This document shows positions 35,621-49,350 of a stretch of 64,000 nt of DNA, one piece after another (within the stretch, counting starts at the first letter, position 1; each line of letters starts with the position of its first letter). Where the stretch lies: assembly GCA_002104905.1 (NCBI GenBank), contig MCFE01000480.1, forward strand, positions 4,315 through 68,314, in the 5' to 3' direction. This DNA is from Basidiobolus meristosporus CBS 931.73 (Eukaryota; Fungi; Basidiobolomycota). The position numbers and the translations under genes are program-made. Below the pieces are notes generated by a model. The model was not told the DNA's origin and did no database searches. It saw nothing but the letters and a program-made list of their open reading frames with translations.

Positions 35621-37080
35621 TGATGAAATATTGGACTATTTGGTATCATTCAGCAGCTAAAAACTTACTTAACAATTCTAGACTAGTCTTAGTCACTGTA
35701 GGACTCATTTAGTGCCTTAACTTTGCCACTTTCTCCAGATATATGATCTTATGATTATTCCCCTATAGTCAGGATCAAATAAGCACTATTACCCAACATT
35801 ATATAATAACCCTGAAACTGTTACAGAATGCTTTGAAATATTGAGAAACCCTCCATACTTAATGATACAGCTGTATTACTTCTACAAAGGTATAAATACT
35901 GAGCTTCTTTACAAATAAACAACAGTTCAACTATTATCACTATTTCTTGATAAGTTCCTTATATCCAAATCACTTTGTAAATTGCAACAGTTTATGAGCT
36001 CCAAATGCCTTAATCTATTCTAAAAGATGACTTCTACCAGCAAACAGTGCAATACCAACATCTTCCCTGTAAAGGAGAGGTTTGATGGGAAGAACTACAC
36101 ACTTTGGAGAATCAAGATGCAGATCCATCTTGAGGAAAGAAAGCTTTGTAACATGGTAACAGGAAAGGAAGTCAAGCCCAAAGGAACAGCAGAAGATGTA
36201 GAGAAGTTTCAAGAGAAGGAGAGAAAGGCCTTCAATGCCATATACATCAATGTGCAAGACTCCTTCATTGGACAAATCCATGCCTCAAATACTGCCAAAG
36301 CAGCATGGGAATCCTTAGAGAAGATCTTTAGAGCAAAGTCAATATCAAGCAAGCTTTATTTGAAACAAAAGTTCTTCAACATGAGGAAGAAGCCAGATGA
36401 TGAAATGCTACAACTCATTACCAGAATGGAGACACTTGCAGAAGAACTTTGCAGTATTAATGCTGGTGCAGATGATGAAGAAAAGATACTGTGTCTGCTT
36501 TGCAACCTACCAGACAACTATGGGCCACTCATACCTTCTTTTGAAAGCAGAGAAGACCACTTGACTTCAGACTATGTCAAAGGAAGACTTCTCCATGAAG
36601 AACTCAGACATAACAATCAAGCAGAGGAAATTGAAGATAATGCTTTATTCAGTTCCGAAAGAGACACAGAAAAGAAGGGAAAGCAACACACCAAAGAAAA
36701 CCTGGCTGCTGTAACTACTGTAAAAAGCCTGAACACTGGGCAAGAGAATTCAAGAAGAAACAAGCAGACAAAAAACAGAAACTAGAGCAGGCAAGCCATA
36801 TAACTACTGATGAACAGTTATTTGTAACTGTACAAGAGAGTGCAAGTAACCAAAGTAATGAATGATATATTGACTCTGGAGCATCACAGCATATTTGTGG
36901 TATAAAGGATTGGTTCAGCAACTTAAAGACTATTCCTGTAAGAAAGGCTTATCTGGGAGATAACTCTGCATTGGAAGCTAATGCCAGTGGGTCTATACAA
37001 CTAAATATGAGTGATAACTCAGGGGCAACAACAGCAAAACTGAATGACGTACTCTATGTACCTGGAATAGCTTCTAGTAT
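35621..37080 (+). mobile_element. Ty1/Copia family B, 5' LTR (35621-35989), gag ORF (36027-36785) and protease remnant, truncated
   Basis: 369-bp TG..CA LTR homologous to 46014-46382; PBS-like GTTTATGAGC at 35990; gag with ERFDGKNYTLWRIKMQIHLEERKL and AKAAWESLEKIF..SKLYLKQKFFNM; protease-like IDSGASQH remnant. Confidence 0.88.
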
Positions 37081-40000
37081 TGAGCTAGGTGTTCTCAGTA
37101 AATGAGGCACTGGTCCATCTATTTTGGCCTGCTTGACAGCTACTGACACTCTTCTAGCAACCTGTCATTTCTTCCCTACATGTTTTGAGCTTTGTTTCCT
37201 GGCAGTGATAAGTTCCTGAGGAAGCCACTGGTGTTTATTGATACCAGGTCCTTCACACTATTCTGGACAGGTACTTCTTTAATGATCCTATGCTTTTTGC
37301 TTGATAAACAAGGCACTGATGCATCTTTTTCTGCCTGCTTTTTCCTTAAAAGCCCTTCTCTGGCTACTTCATATTTCTTTGCTGCTTGTGCAAAGCTTTT
37401 ATACTTGCTTTCAATGGGCTCTTAAGGATGCCATGGGCTTTTAGCTGTGGATCCCTTGTTCTACTTCCTTTAAAGGTTTCCGCTTTTCACAATATATTTT
37501 CTTAACATATCAAAGCTTGGCCTGGAAGTTCTGATGATCCTATAAAATGCCTGTCTTAAGGGTACTATAGTCCACTGCTTAAATGCTTAGGTGGGGCAGT
37601 TTTCAGTTAAGTAGCATTGCATTTAGCCTTTTAGTAAATCAGTATTTACTACTTGATCATGGTGTTTAACAGCAGATAAATCCGCATTTACTTATCAAGC
37701 AATAATGTGTGTATTAAGTAAGATCCCATTGGGTGAAGATGACACTATTAAATGAGTCAAGAGCCACAGCCTTCATTATAATCTGTTTCATTCAGCTACT
37801 TGAGTTCCTTCTTTGCATCTATGATATTGTATTTTCAACCTCAGATATTGATTGCTCTGTATGCATTATCCACTCATCCTGTCTCAGGAAATTTCCTGAT
37901 ATCTGCAGCCCACAGGATCCTATTAGTCAGTGAGCCTAATTGTCTTATCAAAGCATTGATAAGAGCTGACAACTTTTATGCTTCCACTGGTGGTGGTGAT
38001 ATTGCAACAGTCACTTGCAGGTTGTCCACTGGAGGCACAGTATATGCTCCATTTCATCTGCATCAGCATTTGATCACCTTGCAGCTCTGCAGAGATTTGC
38101 AGCTGCCTATATCACTGCAAGTCTGATGAGCTTTCATTATTACCTTGTATGGGCACATTGCCATTTTGTCCTTTTTTACATGTTACTCTGCTTATTGTAA
38201 AGAATGTTAATGCAAGTTGTTGTCTAGCTGCTCTTTGGCTATTGTCCACAGTGAGGATTGGTTAGGAACCAGACTTTGTGGTTTTATTTCCTGGCTCCAT
38301 ATGTATGGAAGCAGGTCAAGCCAAAGAGTAAAAAGTGTAATATATACGGGTGTATGTAATGCCACAGCTCTACTTATAATAATTACTCTAGTAGGTCATT
38401 GTTGCGTCTTACATTCATGGATGTAAAGTGTGTCAAACATAAAACTGGTTAAACTCTTATAAGAATTGACAAGAAGATGATAAATTAGCATTACACTGTT
38501 AAGTGTTGTGCTGTTTGCCCAATGGACTAGACTACTATGATTCCAAACCATAAGAGAAAGCAAAAAGATCACATCGCTTTTGTAACAAGCCTCTCTGCCA
38601 TGAAGCATACAAGAAGCATAGGAAATATTACTAGGAACATGGTCTGTGCTTTGTTACCACAGTCATATTTAGGCATTCATTAGGAACTGCCAAACCAACA
38701 ATATTTAGTTGGACACCTGATACCTCTGTAATAGCACCTAGCCACACTGGACACCTTGTGCAAAATCAGTCAGGTGAGTCTGTGACACTTTTTGGCTCAC
38801 CTTAGCCTTCTGAATATGGCCCATAGAGTGATAGCTCTGACAACCAAGGCTCACTGATAGATTGTGAGCCAATCTGCTCTCAAAATAATACTCAGTATCA
38901 GCCAGGCAAAATTTTATAATTCAAAGGAGAAAACATACATATAAAAAATTTCAGGGATATCTTATGCAACCAAGTTAGGGCAGCATTTCACATACTGGTG
39001 AATGATCTGATGTTATGGCTACAGCAGTGATGTGTTTCCACCAAGATCAGCTATGGCCACCACTACTTCTTGCCAAAACCTTACTTGAATATAACTTACC
39101 ATATATGTAGTACAAATGAAGTATTAAAATGTGGCTGGCTGCATATGACCCAGAGAATGTCCTGATACCAGCATGTGTTAGCAGTGGTATTGTATTCACC
39201 ATAGAGAATGCCACCACTGCAAGGTGTCCAACTTGCTGAAATCCACCACCACCTGAGGAATATGTTATTCATGCTCTGAATATATTCTGGTAATGAAGCA
39301 TGTAAGGAAGCACATGCAGTCTAGCAAGATGTAATGCTATGATGTACTGCCCAATATCAATGAAGAGCAAACACTTCCAAAATATACTGAAATCCTGCTG
39401 ACCATTAATTCTCATCAACCTGAACTTGCCACTAGTCTTGTAGTATCTGATTTTTCCCATAACACCACCATTAGGAGAAACATTCTTCCACTGAGAGAAC
39501 ATACAGAAGTCAGCATGCAACTGCAGCAAAGCTTGCAAGCTATAATCTATTAGACAATAAAATTATGCAAAATTGTCTATACTCAAAATGGAGGGAATAT
39601 GTTAGAGCAAAAACTTTCTATTGGGTGCAATGAATTGCTCCTTAGTAGTATCACTGCACTGATGACAAAGTTCTAATTGTGGCATTCCAAGCTACATGAG
39701 CCCTGGAGACACCAGTGAAATGTGAAAAAGATGACAAGATATTACTGGGTATCTACTGCCCAAAGTACCTGTCATAAGCTTGAGTCAATTGTCATATGCA
39801 TATGCACTAACACAAATGCAAAGTCTTGATGAGCTAGATATGTGTATTCAAGTAGCCTTCTTAAGCTGCTTTTACCAAGAGAGTTTTGGAAGCTTAGAGA
39901 GTTATATGTCTGCCATGCAGGAGTATTAATGCAGCAGCAGTTCACCAAAGCCAGTTTGGCTCATCTAAAGCTTTGATATAGCAAGTTTGTGATAGAGTTT

Positions 40001-41246
40001 TGGTGGTAATACTACAAGCATAAAGTTGAATGCACAGATTGTTGCCACTACTGTTCTGATTCATAACTCTATTTTACTTGGTATATGCAGAGTGTCAGGC
40101 CTTGTTTCACCTTATTGGAACTTCCTATAGAGCAGATGCATTGGCATATAACAAGACAAGTCAAATTGCAGGTACCACTGTAGCCCTATCATAACTAGAA
40201 TACAGCCTTCAAGACCATAATGAATATGATGAGCAGGCTTATGGAGGACAACAGGGAAGAGTTGGAAAATATAGAGGACCAATGCTCACATGGAAACACA
40301 TATGCTTTTGACATTAAAAAGTTAAGCAGCTCCCATTCATGGGTAATCAGTTAAGTAATTCAATGATGGATTGGACAGAATATGTAACTAGTTCATAAAA
40401 GGACAACTTTACCAAAGTATGCCGGTTTTCTACTGGTAACAAGTCATTTCTACACCACTTAATATAGAATTCACACAATCAAGACGCAGAGAGCACCTAT
40501 ATGGGGGACCAAAATCTAGTATGTTAAAGAAACATATTGGTTGAGTACCAAGACATACCCTGCAGATATTTAGGAGGTACTAATGGCAAAAGTGGCAGTA
40601 ATCAAGCATATCTCACATAATGTATATGTTATCAGCAATACAAGACATATGACAACCATGCAATTGCTATGATGAAACACTACAAAGTGAGGTGATTGAC
40701 ATGAATCAGTTGCAGTGGGTGTGCACATATTTACAGGTTAGTAAGCAGGTGGTCATATTTTTTTTATGCAAAATATATATGGAATACCTGCAGCTGCAGA
40801 GGGTAAGCAAAAAATCAGAGGTGATTCCATAGTAGAATACATGATTGGCTCAAGCAGAGGTAGAAAAGGAAATACCATTTGATAAATTTGTACAGTAGCA
40901 CACTACAGTGGTAGCTGTAGGCTGCTACACTGCTATTACAATGCCAACAGAGGTCTGCAAGAAGGCAAATGTACCATTGAGTTTCTTATTCTATAAGGGT
41001 AGGTGCTGAATTACCCATTGGGTTGGCTCAAAAATGTACAATGCGTATCATATGACTATTGCTACACTGCCATATTATTTAATTTGCTTTGGTAGCCAAA
41101 CCAACTAAATGCCTCACAAGCCCACCATAAGATCAAGTCAAGGGGCAATAATTCCAAGTTGATGGCAAAATAATGGCTCAAAACAGGCTCCTGATTGCTG
41201 ACCTGGACTGAATTCACTTGCAGGGCAAAGTTATGTTATATATGGG
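37081..41246 (+). mobile_element. CACTA copy epsilon (ORF2 remnant on -, deleted transposase remnant on +)
   Basis: Homologous to delta in the same orientation; degenerate terminus ..TATATGGG at 41246. Left boundary approximate. Confidence 0.75.
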
Positions 41247-41339
41247 CATGGCTTTGTTGAAAAGATATTGCCTAAGATTTTTTTCTAATAGTTCAGTTGG
41301 GCAAGTATTAGAGGTAGCATATCTTTAGTGGAAGAGAAC

Positions 41340-42737
41340 ATCATTGAATATGAATCAAAGGAAGAGACAAGATCCATAGACTTAGGCAGATAGATGGAGA
41401 TGACTTTGCAAGAGCGGTATTGTCTGAGCAAAGAGAGGATATTGTAAAGAGAATGCTGAAGATCTCTGGGGGTAGAATAAGGTCTGTAGACAACATGTTT
41501 GCCAGCAGCAACAACAATGGCCTTGATACCAATGTGAAAATAAAAGTTGTCAGAACTTGAGGATGATGGCTAATTGGATTTGTAAAATTGGAGAACAAGA
41601 TAACTGTGAGAAACAAATGACTTGTCAACATATGTATAAATGGAGAGGCTGCTGATGTTGGTCACCTCAAGGGTGATGTTGCAAGGGAACCTTTTTTATT
41701 GACAATAACAAAGACTTAGTTATGCTTGCACAATGGAGGACAGTATTTTTACATGTAGCCAAGGGGAAGCTAACAATCAGAAGGTGCAAGTAGTTTTTGC
41801 AGGAGAGTATTTTGTTTTTTAGACATAAGCTACACAATGGAGATAGACATCTAGAAATTGAAGGAACCTATGGTCTTGTGAAAGCCAGAGCATGGTGGCC
41901 CAGAATGAAACAAGATATTGAGAAGCTAGAGAAAGCATGCCCAAATTGCCAAGTCAACCAAGGCCAACCACAGAATATTGCTGATCTCTTTCCCTCAGAG
42001 TGTGTAAGACCTTCTGAGAGATGTGGAATTTACTTTATTGGAAGACTACCAACCACCAGCAAATGCAAGTATTGGATCATGGTAGCAATTGGCCATGCTA
42101 CTAAATGGCCAGTGGCTAAAGCAGTACCTGTAGCCAGTGAGCAAGAAGTTGCAAGTTTTGTCTATCATGAGATCCGTATGAAGTTTGGATGCCCTGTAGA
42201 GACTCATCCAATAGAAGAGCAAACTCTATGGCAAAGACATTGGAAGCTTCCCCAAATATGCAGCAGAGCAAACATCTGAAAACCTTACCATAGCTCCCTG
42301 CAACTAATGGAACTACTGAGTGGCTTAATAGATTATATGCAAAAATGCTGACCAAGTTTGCAAATGCAACTGTCAGTAGATAGGATGAATACATAGATCA
42401 AACACTTTTCCCTGCAGGTTTAGAGTGCCCAACACCACCCAACAATTGCCATTTTACGTAGTTCACAGATGTGAACCAAGGATTCCAGGGGTCCTCACAC
42501 AGCCAAAGCTTGTGGACATCTTAGAAGATGAAATCAGTCAGCCAAGTTGACATCAGCAGCTGGAACAAAGAAGTCAAGAGGCACAGGCCAAGTTATCTCA
42601 GAGGGCAGAAAAGATGAAGCAGAGATTTTCAAAAGCTAAATCACCAGAGGCATCAACAGTAGGGAACTTGAATTATAGAGAAACAACACATGGCAGAAGC
42701 TTGAGCCATAATTGACAGGATCTTTCATGATCATCAG
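41340..42737 (+). mobile_element. Ty3/Gypsy integrase remnant
   Basis: ORF 41797-42279: H..DRHL..EGTYGLVKARAWWPRMKQDIEK..KACPNCQ zinc-binding domain plus core (IGRLPTT..KYWIMVAI.HATKWP.AKAV); same family as the element at 50610-54316. Confidence 0.85.
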
Positions 42738-45700
42738 CATTGGATATATAGAACTAACCAAGAAATAGTGATAATTGTTGAACTGTTGTTTATTGATAAA
42801 ATTGCTCAGTATTAATACCTTTCTAGAAGTAATACAGCTGTGGTACTAAGTAAGGAGGGCTTCTCAACGTTCAGGAGCATTCTGTCACAGCTTCAAGGTT
42901 AGTATACAGTGCTTAGTAAAAAGTGCCAATTTGATCTTGACTATAGGGGAATATCATATAATCATAGATCTCAAGAAACTGGCAAAGTTAGGGCTGTAAG
43001 TTAGTCCTACAGTGACGAAGATTAGTCTAGAGTTATTAAGTAAACATTTAGCTGCGGAATGATTCCATGCAGTCCAATATTTCAACACTCCCTCTCAGCT
43101 AAATAATTTCTTAACCCTAATTTCTCTCTGAGATTCTCAAATTATGGTCTAGCTGGTGGCCTTGTCAACAAATCTGCCACCATTTTTTCAGTTGGACAGT
43201 GAGTTAATTCTATTTGTTATTTTCTTCATTGTCCCTCACAAAGTGGTGTTGTATATCTATGTGCTTAGTTCTGCCATGTTTAGTAGGATTCCTAGACAAT
43301 GAGATGCAATTTTGATTATCTTTGTGAATAGATGTTGGTTCATCTGAATTGAGACCTTAGTCTTTGAATAGTATTCTAGACATATAGCCTCCTTAATTGC
43401 TTGACAAGCAGCCATATATTCAGCTTCAGCTGTCAATAGGGCCACATTATGAAGCATCTACAAATGTCCCTGATGAACTTAGAACAACTCAGCACGACTC
43501 TCTGCATGGATATGTCAAGTTTCACTTCAATTATAAAGAAATAAGTACTTTCACCTCAAGCTTGCTGAAGATCTAACTTTGTCTGTTTTAGTGCCTCCTG
43601 GACACTTGTGGCTTCTATTAGGTTGTCCACATAAAGAAACAGAATGATCACAACCTGTTTGAGCAGTTCCACATTTATATTGCGATCTGCAGTGTTGCAA
43701 ATCAACATAATATCCTCAAAATATGTGTCCATATCAATACACCACTCTATTGGTGCCTGCTTAAGGCCAAACACTGATTTACAAAGTCTTGTGTCTTATG
43801 GGTGTCTGTTGGATTGGTAAAATCTTCTGGTTGCTCCATATATATAGTTTCTTGCAAGTCACCATTTAGAAAGGCTGGTTTGACATCCATTTGGTGTAGA
43901 TCTAGACTTTGGAAAGCTGCCAGGGGTAGATCTGCCCTAATGGAGTTAAACTAGGTAACCAGAGCAAATGTTTCCTTAAAGTCCAGTCTCTAGATCTGGC
44001 AATAGCCTTTAGTCACTAACTCCAGCCAAATACCTATCAAGGGTATCATTTGTAGGTCTGGTTTTTTACTTGTTTATGCTTCAATGGGTGTAAAATCACA
44101 GAGTGCAGTTGTGGGGCATCTATTCTTGATGCTTACTGAGGTGTCAACTGATTAGCCCAGAACTTGTAGTCTAATCTCCTTATCATGTGGCATAGATCCT
44201 CCCATCTTTGCTATTGTACTACTTGCATGTTCTGCTACACCATTTTACTCCATTTTGCTGTGGAGTATGTGGAAGAGTGGGATGTTGAAGTATACCAGTA
44301 GATGGGCTGTATTTTGCAAACTATTTTGAGCTGTAATCCCCTCTACTGTCACTCAAAGTACCTTCAACTTTCACCCTGTTTGTGCATCTGCCATGTCCTT
44401 GAAGTGTTTAATTGCTTCTAAAGCCTCATCCTTTGTTTTGAAGAGGTACACCCAAGTATATTTTGTCTTGTCATCAATAACTGTCATAAAGTATCTTTTG
44501 GCTCCAGAGGACAGTGTTCTGATGTGCTTGCATATGTCTGAGTGTACCATAGCCATTATGTTGGTGGTTTTGATGCCTTCTGAGCTCCTGAAATGTTGCC
44601 TTGCTTGTTTGCCCTATGAACATCCCTTACAGACACTCAATTTGATTGGAATTGAGTATTTTAGGCCTAAAACAAGCCACTTTTTCACCAATATGCTCTT
44701 TCTTTTCCCCATTGTGTCCCAGCCCTCTTTGTTGCATCTCCCAGTAAGTTTCAATAGTTTCAGCAATGTGTCTATACTCAAGTACAATGATCTTCCGTCT
44801 GAACTTGTAGATAGTGTGATCTCTGATTCCCAAAGCTAATTTTAGTTCATTTTCACTCAGTATTGAGCAACTCAGCTTAGTAAAAGCAAACTTCAGTCCC
44901 TGAGCAGTTGCTTTACTGACTGAGGGTAGGTTCTTAACTATTCCAGGTACATAGAGTACAACAGTCAGTTTTGCTGTTGTGGCACCTGAGATATCACTCA
45001 TTTTTAGTTGCATAGACCCACTGGTGGCAACTTCCAGGCAGCGTTGTCTTTCAGGTAAACCTTTCTTTAGGGAATAGTCTTTGAGCTGCTGAGCTGCTCC
45101 TTTGTACCACAAATATGCTGTGATGCTCTAGAGTCAATATATCACTCATTACTTAGTTTGCTTGCACTTTCTTGTTCAGTTACAGATAATTGTTCATCAA
45201 GAGTTGTATGGGTTACCTGCTCCAGCTTCTGTTCTTTGTCTGCCTTTTCTTCTTGCATTCTCTTGCCCAGTGCCCTGGTATCTTACAGTTGTTACAGTAA
45301 ACCAATTTCTTTGATTTTGTGGCTTTGCCTTCTTTTTATGTGCCTTTCTGAGCTGAATAATACATTGTCTGCAATATTCTCTGCTTGATCATTATGTCTT
45401 AGTTCTTCATGGAGAAGTTTTCCTTTGACATAGTCTAAAGTCAAAATGTCTTCTCTGCTTTGAAAAGAAAGTGTGAGTGGCTGATACTTGTCTGGTAGGC
45501 TGCAAAGCAGACAGAGTATCTTTTCTTCATCATCTACACCAGCATTAATACTCTAAAGCTCTTCTGCAAGTATCTCCATTCTGGTAAAGAGTTGCAGCAT
45601 GTCATCATCTGGCCTCTTCCTTGTGTTGAAGAGCTATTGTCTCAAATAAAGATTGCATGATACTGACTTGGCTCTAAAGATCTTTTTTATTGATCCCCAT

Positions 45701-46382
45701 GCTGCTTTGGCAGTATTGGAAGCATGGATTTGTCCAATGAAGAAATCTTGCATATATATACATATGGCATTAAGGACCTTTTTCTCCTTATCTTAAAACT
45801 TCTCTACTTTCTCTACTGTTCCTTTGGGCTCATCTTCTTTTCCTTCTAGTATATCTCAAAGCTTTCTTTCCTCAAGGCAGTAATGCATATTTATTCTCCA
45901 AAGTCTGTGTTTCCTCCAATCAAACCTTTCCTTTACAGGGAAAATGTTTGTATGGGACTGTTTGCTGGTAGAAGCCATCTTTCAATAAATCAAGACAATC
46001 AGGGATCATAACTTCTTGCAACTTAAAAAGCAATTTAGAAATAAGAAACTTATCTAGAAATAGTGATAATGGCTGAGCTGTGGTTTATTCATAGAGTGGC
46101 TCAGTATTTATACCTTTGTAGAAGTATTACAGTTGTGACACCATGTAAGAAAGGTTTCTCAGTATTCAGGAGCATTCTGTAACAATTTCAGTGTTAGTAC
46201 ACAACGTTTGGTAAAAGATGCTTGATTGATCTTGACTATAGGGGAATATTTGTAGGATCATAGATCTGAGGAAGCCAGCAAAGTTAGGGCTGTAAACTAG
46301 TCCTATAATGTCTAAGATTAGTCTAGAGTGTTAAGTCAATTTTAAGCTGCAGAATAATACCAAATAGTTCAACATATCAGCA
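42738..46382 (-). mobile_element. Ty1/Copia family B, two-LTR degenerate element with internal deletions
   Basis: 5' LTR 46014-46382, PBS-like AGTTATGATCCC, gag remnant homologous to 36027-36785, integrase (MVHSDIC..KRYFMTVIDDKTKYTWVY), RT (FGLKQAP), RNaseH ([15 protein letters not shown]), PPT AGCTGAGAGGGAG, truncated 3' LTR ~42738-43087. Confidence 0.88.
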
Positions 46383-46411
46383 GCTAATAGGTAAGATTTG
46401 GTGGTTATCAG

Positions 46412-46609
46412 TGTTGCAACTCTTGATGTAAGAGTTGTCAAGGAATAGGGAGTTAAGCTAGTATTGTATTCACTAAAACTTGAACTGATTTTTATTGAGG
46501 TTCCAGCAGCTCCTTAAATACATTTTGCCAGATCAATTGCTGACTAATTGTATATCTCATTGTAGGTTGTGGCTGATGACTCATTTGATTGCATCATCAT
46601 CTCCCAACA
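46412..46609 (-). mobile_element. Partial Gypsy LTR
   Basis: Near-collinear with 53949-54145 of the Gypsy LTR. Confidence 0.8.
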
Positions 46610-47150
46610 AGCTGGTAAACAAACAGTTGCACAAAGCCAGAAGGTTCCTGCCAAAGTAATGGAAAAAGGGTGCTACAGCAGGTATACTTATTCAATGGTG
46701 GATTCAAATGGAGTTACTTGTTCAATGTGGTGTTGGGCTTAATGTTAGTGTGGATATAGGACTTGCATAGGGCAATACAATTGAAAACTGAGGTACAACT
46801 GAAGTCTCATCAGAAATTAATCAATCTATATGCATGGAAAGTAAGAGAACTGGTAGAGTCAGGAAGTAAGTAATGTGAAAAAGAGGCAATAGCCAATTAA
46901 TGTACACAAATGTAGGAGGTGATGGAGTGTCTGGGATTAGAAAGTGACAGAATTGGCAGAGATCAAATCAGGAGCCATCTTTGTATTGTTGTGCTGAAAA
47001 ATTTTGACTAATTTTTTTGTGAAATCTAGGGTGAAATTTTTTTTCAATGGTCTCTGTACAGTGTCCTGATAGGATCAATACCACTTAATCATAGAACTCT
47101 TATTTTGTGTTGGCCTTTTAAAGTGATCACCACAGTTACTTTTCATAGGG
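46610..47150. mobile_element. CACTA ORF2-side terminal fragment
   Basis: Reverse homolog of 26750-27250; ends TTTTCATAGGG at 47150. Confidence 0.8.
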
Positions 47151-47154
47151 AACA

Positions 47155-49350
47155 TGTTGTGGGTGTCTTGGAGATATTGGCAGTGATTTGGTGTACAAGT
47201 AGATTAGCTGGTTTTCAATTAATGAATTACTGAATGTAAAGTTGTATTGTACTTTGGCATGGTTTTGGCATGAAAAACCCATCAGATATGCTTAGAAAGG
47301 TACTAAGAGCATGTGTGCAAAGCTTGGGGCTATTTGGACAACTCTGAGAATCTTCATGCTCTGGACACCTGATGTTTAGGTAAAAATACTCCAAATGAAT
47401 CCTAACAAGGAATTTGGCCTCTATAACAAGGAATTTGGCCTCTATTCACTCAGATTAAAAGCCAATATTTTATGCAACTAAGTTAGGTTGGTATTTACAT
47501 GGAATTACAAAGCTTTACACTACTTCCACTCAACTAAATGTTCATACTGACTAGTCCTAATGAACATTCAGAAGTTGTCTCTAGCAAGTGATTTGGTAAA
47601 TACATCTGCAATCACTTCATCTATGTGACAGTAAACTAAGTTGACTGGGTTAATATCTATAGCTTTATATATGAAATGATGTCTAATATCTATCTGCTTA
47701 GCTCTAGCATGAAAAGTTGGATAACTGCCTAAATCTATACACCCTTGATTTGCTGAAATAAAGTAATAGGAATTTCTTGACATACACCAATTCCTTGAGA
47801 ACACTCTGAATCAAATTGCTTCTTTTGCTGCTTCACTGAGTGTAACATATACTTCCTTTGTGGTAGTCAGTGCTATGGTTGGTTGCTCTCTTGAGCTCCA
47901 TGATAATACTTCCTTACAGTAAAGAAAGGTATATCCAGTGGAAGATCTTCTGTCTTCTAAATTTGTCCCAAATCAGCATCAGAGTATCTCACAACCTCCT
48001 GTTCTATGTCTTCATAGGTGCTTCTTAAGCAGGTTTCCACAGTTCCTGTTGGGTATCTACTAATTTGCTTAACTGCTGCAAGGTGATCAGATTCATAAAT
48101 CTGATTATGCTAGCTGACAACTCCCACTGAAAATGAGATATAAGCATTTGTTCCCAGCATGATATATATTGGTCTGCCAACCATAGATTTGTAACAGCAT
48201 TCCAGGCTTTCTGATAGCCACAAGCTCTCATGATTTGGTTGTTATTTGACTTAGTTAGGTTTGTGGTCAGTGGGGGTGACAGATGGTTCACAGTTGTTCA
48301 TATAGTACTTCTGAAGTATATCCAGCATATTCCATGTCTGGCTGATGCTTGGTACTTCTGTCTATGGAGACCTTTATCTCTAGGTAGTAGCAGAGCTCTC
48401 CCAGAATGGCTATTATAAACTTTTTAGATACAATGGATTTAATTTGTACTGATGTTTCTTGGTTATTGGTGGCTGTGATAAGATCATTCATATATATATA
48501 TATAGCTATTAGAGCTTGATATGCTCTATCTGTCCTGTATTAGATACTCTTGTAAGCAGTACTCTCGAGAAAACTCAATGATCCCAAATATGAATCTATC
48601 TTGCAATTCAGGCACTTGGACATGGGGTCAGCCCATGTGAGGATTTTTAAGCTTGTACACCAAATAGGTGCTATTGTGGTCTGCAAATCTATTAAGCTGG
48701 CTCATATACATTCCTTATCAAGCTCCCCATTCAAAAATGCAGCTTCACATGCAATTGATATATAAAAAGTTGTATTCAGTTACAAAAGCCAATATTGATA
48801 TGAAAGAACTAAACATGGCTACCAATGCAAAGGTCTTGGCATAGTCAAGTCCATTTATTTGGAATGCCACTTAGTGACAAGCCTTCCATTAGATAATTCA
48901 CTTGCACCATCAGCCTTGTACTTTGTCTTCAAGAGCCACCTGCACCTTCTTTGTGGGTTATCATGTCCTATTAAAGCATGTTCTTCTTCCATCCTACACG
49001 CACTTTAATTTTTTAAATCTTCATCTGCAAGCCTTTGATATATGTAGTTTAGGGTTGAATCTTCAGTTCTTAACTCCAAGGCTGCTAAGAGTCCCTAAAT
49101 CTGTCTGTCAGGCTTTTTAGGAGGGTAACTATTGCATATTCATCTATAACAGGTACACCCTGAGATTCCATCTCATCAACTAGCAGGGCAATTCTGTTGA
49201 TCAGATTTTTTGTTTCTTTGCCCAACATCATTGTTGTAGAGAGGCATTTTTTCAAGGTTACATTCTTTTGGCAGCTAAACATGACTGGTAGGTGTCTTTG
49301 AATGCCTTCTGGGCATTCTTTGTTTTTCTTGCACTGGAGCATTGAATTAT
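47155..49350 (-). mobile_element. Degenerate Copia family A with 3' LTR (47155-47522) and a large internal deletion joining gag to RT
   Basis: LTR homologous to 60927-61276 plus a 21-bp tandem duplication; PPT remnant; RNaseH ([17 protein letters not shown]), RT remnants, gag remnant (IVTLLKSLTDRF). Confidence 0.85.

Noticed and set aside
23353-47150. Pairing the terminus at 23353 (or 18172) with the terminus at 47150 as one giant nested CACTA
   Set aside because: The orientation fits but the flanks do not duplicate (ACA or TTC versus AAC), and the intervening sequence is rearranged.
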